Below, in pieces: positions 34,568 through 38,898 of a stretch of 38,898 nucleotides of DNA (positions are counted from its first letter, which is position 1; the number at the start of each line of letters is the position of its first letter). The position numbers and the translations under genes are program-made. Source of the stretch: a virus (taxonomy: Duplodnaviria; Caudoviricetes); IMG/VR virus record IMGVR_UViG_3300032225_002052, positions 1-38,898 of that record; one strand, written 5' to 3'. The notes beneath the pieces were generated by a model. That model ran no database searches. It was not told where the DNA came from and saw nothing but the letters and a program-made list of their open reading frames with translations.

Positions 34568-36607
34568 TTAGGTGAAAGCATTAGGAATGTACTGATTGAC
34601 TTTTTTTACAGTGGATTTCACTAAGTTTTCCCCCGTCTTTACATACGGATGCAACGCGCTCCGAGGGTCTTGCCCACGCTTTACAGCGTGTGCAGCCAAT
34701 AGTAAGCCTCCCGTTGTCATCGCCGCATTTGCTGCGCGGTTAAACCAAGGCTTTTCCCACTCCCGCTTCTTGACGCGACCCCATTGGTCTTTTTGACGAG
34801 GTTCTCCACGAATTACTGATGCAGTGTCCTTGAGCAAGCCACCACCACGCCCAGCATACTTGTTTGCAGTTTTGGCCGTGTTGTACACCGAGCGAAGCAC
34901 TTGCCCGTGCGCCAAGGGAATATCCACCTCACTTTTTCCTCCAGAGGCATCACGGACATACGCTTTTTGATAGCCCGTGGCCGCTTTTAACGGATGAAGA
35001 AAACGTCCGTCCTCTCCAATAAATTGTTGCCCCCCGCCAAACTCCCTTAACCGTACCCGAGCGGACATCGCTTTCTTGAATCCTCCATCAATAATGTTAT
35101 CCGCAAATGATGGTAGTGTTTCTTTTGCCACACTGGCCGCTGCTGCGGGGGCTTTAGTTGCCGCGTGCGTTGCGGCTTTTACCCCGGTTTTAATAGCATC
35201 CCCGACATTTGATGTCGCTTGGTGTAGCCCACGCATTTTCCAGCCCATTGCGTTTCCTGCAAGGAGCGATCCAACCACTGCTGCCGCCGCAATTTTTCTT
35301 TGGTTTTCAGACTTCTCGTGCCAATACTTTTCCCGGCGCTCACGAGGACGCGCCCCCGGTGCAAACACTCGCGCCGAGCGACCACGCTCATCCCGCACAT
35401 CCCAATTCGGGGCGCTGTTATCAAACATCCGCGCTGAAACCAGCACCGCTTCAAGCAGTTTACCTTCATTAATTTTTTGCTGCGCCACCGCTCGATCCGC
35501 CGCTGAACCCAACGCCGCTGTGCGGTGAATTTGCCACCTCTGACGCGCCTTCTGTTTTGCAGCGGCAGTTTTAGGGGCTCCCTTGCCTCCACTCGCTGCC
35601 GCTTGCAATTTATTCAACCGCGCCACCTCCTTGGGGTCTAATCCGCGTAAATTTCTTTGCTCCACTTTTCCAAACGGCTTCAGTCCGCCATACCCGCGTT
35701 CCGTGCGTAATTGAGCGGCGCGGGCCAACCGCTCTACACTGCCACGCCCCTGCGGCATTACAGGAGAACGTGCGGGCGTTACCGGCTGCGCGACTCTTGG
35801 AAATTGCGAACGAATGGCTTGTTGCGCCGCTTCACGTTCTGTCGGGGTAGACCCCAGGTGAGCCGTGCGGTAGAGTTGCAGTTTTTGACGCGCCGTTTGA
35901 CGCTCTGTGGCGGTGGCAATTCCGGGGACTTGGATTCGTTCCGCTTCTCGCTGCACCCGAGCCAAACTATCCACCTGACCAGGAATCAGCTTACCTAAGC
36001 GGCGTTGTTCCGGCTTACTCAAAGGCTTTAAGGCATCGTAGGCGCGAGTTTTCTTTAATTGCGCGGCTTTAGCCAAGCGATCCACCGTGTTTCGGCCTTG
36101 AGGCACAACTCCCTGATATTGAGGCCCATTTATGGGAATTACATTTCCCGCTGCGGGCATTCTCTTGGCAATGTCTTTGGGCACAGGACGGGCCGCTGGC
36201 TGATACCACGTTGAGCGTTTAGTGATAGGAACCGGCACAATCACCGATTTAGGCTTAGGCACCGCGCCCTGCCCCAGCGTGCTGCGATCAAAGGGCCGCA
36301 AATTGATAGTGGAATTTCCCGGCGCATACGTTTTAGCCACCGAGGGCGCACGCAATGCTGCTGGACCGGCTTTAGGGGCTGACAAACTTCCGCCGCGCAA
36401 ACTGGGAGGAATCGCCCCATATTTGTTGATCAGCTTGTATGCCCCGTAAGCCGCGCCCCCCAAAGCCGCAGTCTTCAACACCCCACGCAACATCTTTTTA
36501 CGCTCCGAATCCTGCTTTTGAGGAGGGTTCTGAGGATTCTGGGCGTTCTGAGGGGGATTTTGAGGCGTTTGCTCAAGAGGCAAATCGTTGGGCTCACGGG
36601 CGGGCAT
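34568..36607 (-). CDS. modular basic head-region protein with ~100-aa internal duplication
   Basis: 679 aa, Lys/Arg/Ala/Pro-rich; two LxEF-type motifs; duplicated PQGR..V.RLA.AAQL...RTA.LGS unit. Confidence 0.8.
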   Translation of the reverse strand: MPAREPNDLPLEQTPQNPPQNAQNPQNPPQKQDSERKKMLRGVLKTAALGGAAYGAYKLINKYGAIPPSLRGGSLSAPKAGPAALRAPSVAKTYAPGNSTINLRPFDRSTLGQGAVPKPKSVIVPVPITKRSTWYQPAARPVPKDIAKRMPAAGNVIPINGPQYQGVVPQGRNTVDRLAKAAQLKKTRAYDALKPLSKPEQRRLGKLIPGQVDSLARVQREAERIQVPGIATATERQTARQKLQLYRTAHLGSTPTEREAAQQAIRSQFPRVAQPVTPARSPVMPQGRGSVERLARAAQLRTERGYGGLKPFGKVEQRNLRGLDPKEVARLNKLQAAASGGKGAPKTAAAKQKARQRWQIHRTAALGSAADRAVAQQKINEGKLLEAVLVSARMFDNSAPNWDVRDERGRSARVFAPGARPRERREKYWHEKSENQRKIAAAAVVGSLLAGNAMGWKMRGLHQATSNVGDAIKTGVKAATHAATKAPAAAASVAKETLPSFADNIIDGGFKKAMSARVRLREFGGGQQFIGEDGRFLHPLKAATGYQKAYVRDASGGKSEVDIPLAHGQVLRSVYNTAKTANKYAGRGGGLLKDTASVIRGEPRQKDQWGRVKKREWEKPWFNRAANAAMTTGGLLLAAHAVKRGQDPRSALHPYVKTGENLVKSTVKKVNQYIPNAFT

Positions 36608-36610
36608 ACG

Positions 36611-38329
36611 TTACCTTTCGTTGTCAACCTGCTGGGATAACCCTTTTTTGAGTTTTGGAGCTTGAGGCACCATCGCCTCCGCCCGCTGAGGATCAAGCGC
36701 GTACAACTGCACTAAAGTTTGCACCGCTGAAGCGCGGTCCATGACACCTGTACCCACCTTTTCCAAAATATCCAACAAAGGCTGCACTCCCTTGTCGCCC
36801 TGCTCCCCGACCATCCCAGGCGGAGGGGGCGGTGGGTCTTGAGGTGGCGTGTTAATCGCGGCCAGCGCCTGAGTCGCATTGGGCCAGCGTTGCGAAATCA
36901 ATTCAATAGGCACCTGTGATTCTCCAGCCAACCGCTGAAGAAATTGCATTTCAGACGCGGCTTTCCGGGCCGTTTCCTCAAAAGTGCTGCCGTTCTCTGC
37001 AATAATATCCGACATCGTCAACGCGCCGTTTTGAAGAAGCTGTAAGTTTGCAGATACGTCGTTTTTGTAATCCCCGGTTAAAGTGGCTCCAAACCCCCAC
37101 TTCCCATGCCGCCATTTGGGATGATCCGGCAACTGACCCGAAGCAATCCCTCTCGAAATCACCGCGTCGCGCACCTTATCCAGCACCCGCTCACTTAAAA
37201 GTTTCTGCCATCTCTTAATGGTACGCATCGCTTGCGCCACTTCGATTCGGCCCGTGTGCCCCGAAAGCGCACTCATGTCGTACACAAAACCATAAGGCAA
37301 ATTCATCGCCATCGAAATCTCCCGCACCATCACCTCGACAAGCGACATAAACGCCCCGTTGGGTCGGGTCATCGCCGGGGTAAACGTCACACTTTCCCCA
37401 TCCGGCATCCGTAAAATCTTCCCCGGCTCCATCGTCATCGTGTTGGGGCGATTTTCCGATTTGTCCCCCGCCTTATTCCACGCCGTCGCACCCAAGTTCT
37501 TCATGGGGTCCGACACGTTCACCACTCCAGCGTGCGAAGACTGCCACTTCGCCGCCTGCTTTTCGGTCAAATAAATGTCGTACAAATCTCGCGCCGGAGC
37601 CAGAGCCGTGGCTAGCGGCGTGACTCCACGGTACTGATCGACTCGAAAACAATCCGCAAAATGGATAAAATGGTCGGCTGGCACATTCGCCTCTAACTCG
37701 TACTTGTTAGAGCGATGCCGCCGGTAAATGTCATACGACAAAGGACTGCCCAAGTCATCCAGATGGATGCCACCAATGTAATTGTCGTCATTTGCCTTCA
37801 GCGCCTCGTTAGGGTTGCCAATGCGATCCGCTTCAATGGGCTGAATTTTAATTGTATCCCCAATCTCCACAAACTTCCACCCGTGGTCCCCGTCCGTAAT
37901 GACACCCCACATCATTAGCCATACAAGATCGCCCAGCCGGTAGCGGCCCGTGATGTCGGCGCTTTCGCACCACTCGTGAAAATAATCCTGGTACGCTCCA
38001 TCAAGTTGCTCGTCGCCCGTGGCTGAAATGTACTGCACCTTGTCGGCTACGTACTGCACCATGCGCGATACAATCCCCCTCAGAATCGCAAAATTACGCA
38101 CCATGTCTCGTGCGTCCCACATGAGGTTTATGCGGTTGCGGTGCGAACGGTAGTTTTCCGAGGCGGCGTTTTTCGACAACCCACCCGAAAATGAGCGGCG
38201 CGTGCCAGGGTTGGCGGCGTCGTAAGCGAATTCATTGAATTTGCTGCGATAATGCAACCGCTCCATTCCCAGCTTGGGCGAAATGTAGCCCAGCGCACGA
38301 TCCAGAAAAGTAATGTTTTTATGATCCAT
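36611..38329 (-). CDS. portal protein, lambda family
   Basis: AYDAA, ARDMVRN, IEADRI, GGI.LD..G.P..Y, HF.D..R.DQYRGVT.LA; Pro-rich C-terminal extension. Confidence 0.93.
   Translation of the reverse strand: MDHKNITFLDRALGYISPKLGMERLHYRSKFNEFAYDAANPGTRRSFSGGLSKNAASENYRSHRNRINLMWDARDMVRNFAILRGIVSRMVQYVADKVQYISATGDEQLDGAYQDYFHEWCESADITGRYRLGDLVWLMMWGVITDGDHGWKFVEIGDTIKIQPIEADRIGNPNEALKANDDNYIGGIHLDDLGSPLSYDIYRRHRSNKYELEANVPADHFIHFADCFRVDQYRGVTPLATALAPARDLYDIYLTEKQAAKWQSSHAGVVNVSDPMKNLGATAWNKAGDKSENRPNTMTMEPGKILRMPDGESVTFTPAMTRPNGAFMSLVEVMVREISMAMNLPYGFVYDMSALSGHTGRIEVAQAMRTIKRWQKLLSERVLDKVRDAVISRGIASGQLPDHPKWRHGKWGFGATLTGDYKNDVSANLQLLQNGALTMSDIIAENGSTFEETARKAASEMQFLQRLAGESQVPIELISQRWPNATQALAAINTPPQDPPPPPPGMVGEQGDKGVQPLLDILEKVGTGVMDRASAVQTLVQLYALDPQRAEAMVPQAPKLKKGLSQQVDNER
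36622..36628 (-). promoter_or_regulatory. GTTGACA late element (N14-ATG)
   Basis: In the last codons of portal; upstream of ATG 36607. Confidence 0.78.
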
Positions 38330-38573
38330 GATTCAAGCCTCCGAAGTCAGGCACTCCATATCCCAAATCATTACTCAGCATCCGACGCTCATTTCGCACC
38401 CGTATCCCGGCGTGCAACCGCTCTTCGACTTGCGCCAAATCCTTTTGGTAGTTTTTGTCCCCAAAAGACTGCGCCGTGTAGAGCGTGGCCTGCTTTTTCA
38501 TTTCAGTGATTTCCGCCTCCAGCTCCTCCGGCGTGTAGGAGCGGTATATTTCTTGCCAACGATTCGACGACAT
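38319..38573 (-). CDS. gpW-like head completion protein
   Basis: 84 aa helix-hairpin-helix-like protein directly upstream of a lambda-type portal; start at 38573 via GTTGACA-N14-ATG. Confidence 0.65.
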   Translation of the reverse strand: MSSNRWQEIYRSYTPEELEAEITEMKKQATLYTAQSFGDKNYQKDLAQVEERLHAGIRVRNERRMLSNDLGYGVPDFGGLNHGS

Positions 38574-38587
38574 GCGCGAACCGCGCC

Positions 38588-38594
38588 TGTCAAC
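38588..38594 (-). promoter_or_regulatory. GTTGACA late element (N14-ATG)
   Basis: Upstream of ATG 38573. Confidence 0.78.
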
Positions 38595-38775
38595 CCAAGG
38601 AATGAATCGGACTAAAATTGACACCGGCACACAGCGCCACGGCATAAAACTGCGGCAAAACACGGACGGCCCCGGCCCCGCTGCGCGGCCTGGTCCTGGC
38701 GTTATTCTTAGTTATACATAACTACGTTTATCGTTTTATTTTTTTAATTTTATCGTTTTTTTGTGCTGCCTGGTA

Positions 38776-38898
38776 GTTGAATCGGTAACGATTGAACCCC
38801 TTAAGAGTGAGGTTGAATCGGTAACGATTGAACCCCTTAAGAGTGAGGTTGAATCGGTAACGATTGAACCCCTTAAGAGTGAGGTTGAATCGGTAACG
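38776..38898. repeat. perfect 36-bp tandem repeat (3 copies + 15 bp, truncated by window end)
   Basis: GTTGAATCGGTAACGATTGAACCCCTTAAGAGTGAG at 38776, 38812, 38848 and partial at 38884. Confidence 0.97.

Noticed and set aside
38776-38898. CRISPR array (36-bp unit with hairpin and ATTGAAC)
   Set aside because: Units are head-to-tail and identical with no unique spacers; no cas genes in the window.
1-38898. Alternative genetic code / stop-codon reassignment
   Set aside because: Genes are full length and tightly packed under the standard code, and TAA, TAG and TGA all serve as stops.

Overview
A ~39 kb stretch of a temperate, long-tailed (siphovirus-like) dsDNA phage, with almost all genes on the minus strand. 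Read in the direction of transcription (right to left), it contains: an AT-rich segment with 36-bp tandem repeats; a gpW-like protein; a lambda-type portal; two large, basic, modular Gly/Ala-rich proteins; prohead protease/scaffold; head decoration protein; major capsid; head-tail proteins; a tail module built largely from tandem paralog pairs (with tape measure and a multi-Ig protein); a DUF2829/Tad2-like protein; a metallophosphoesterase; a GT4-GT2-GT34-sulfotransferase cassette; an atypical tRNA(CAT); two holin-like genes; a GH108 endolysin; two putative regulators; an Xis-like gene; a tyrosine integrase (+ strand) next to a tRNA-Ser-like attP; a CHC2/Toprim primase; DUF3310; and SSB. The SSB looks PVC-like by eye, so a Verrucomicrobia/Planctomycetes host is a tentative inference. 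No terminase or CI-type repressor is recognisable in the window. Two patterns stand out. (1) A GTTGAC[A/G/C] element sits 14-20 nt (mostly 14) upstream of 11 late ATG starts and 19 nt upstream of the tRNA, suggesting a non-canonical promoter that makes leaderless late mRNAs. (2) A recurring [FLMY][ES]...LxEF peptide motif divides the two head-region proteins into modules (one a HExxH metallopeptidase) and recurs in portal and protease/scaffold, suggesting protease-processed or capsid-targeted polyproteins. All family calls come from motif recognition by eye; no searches were run.
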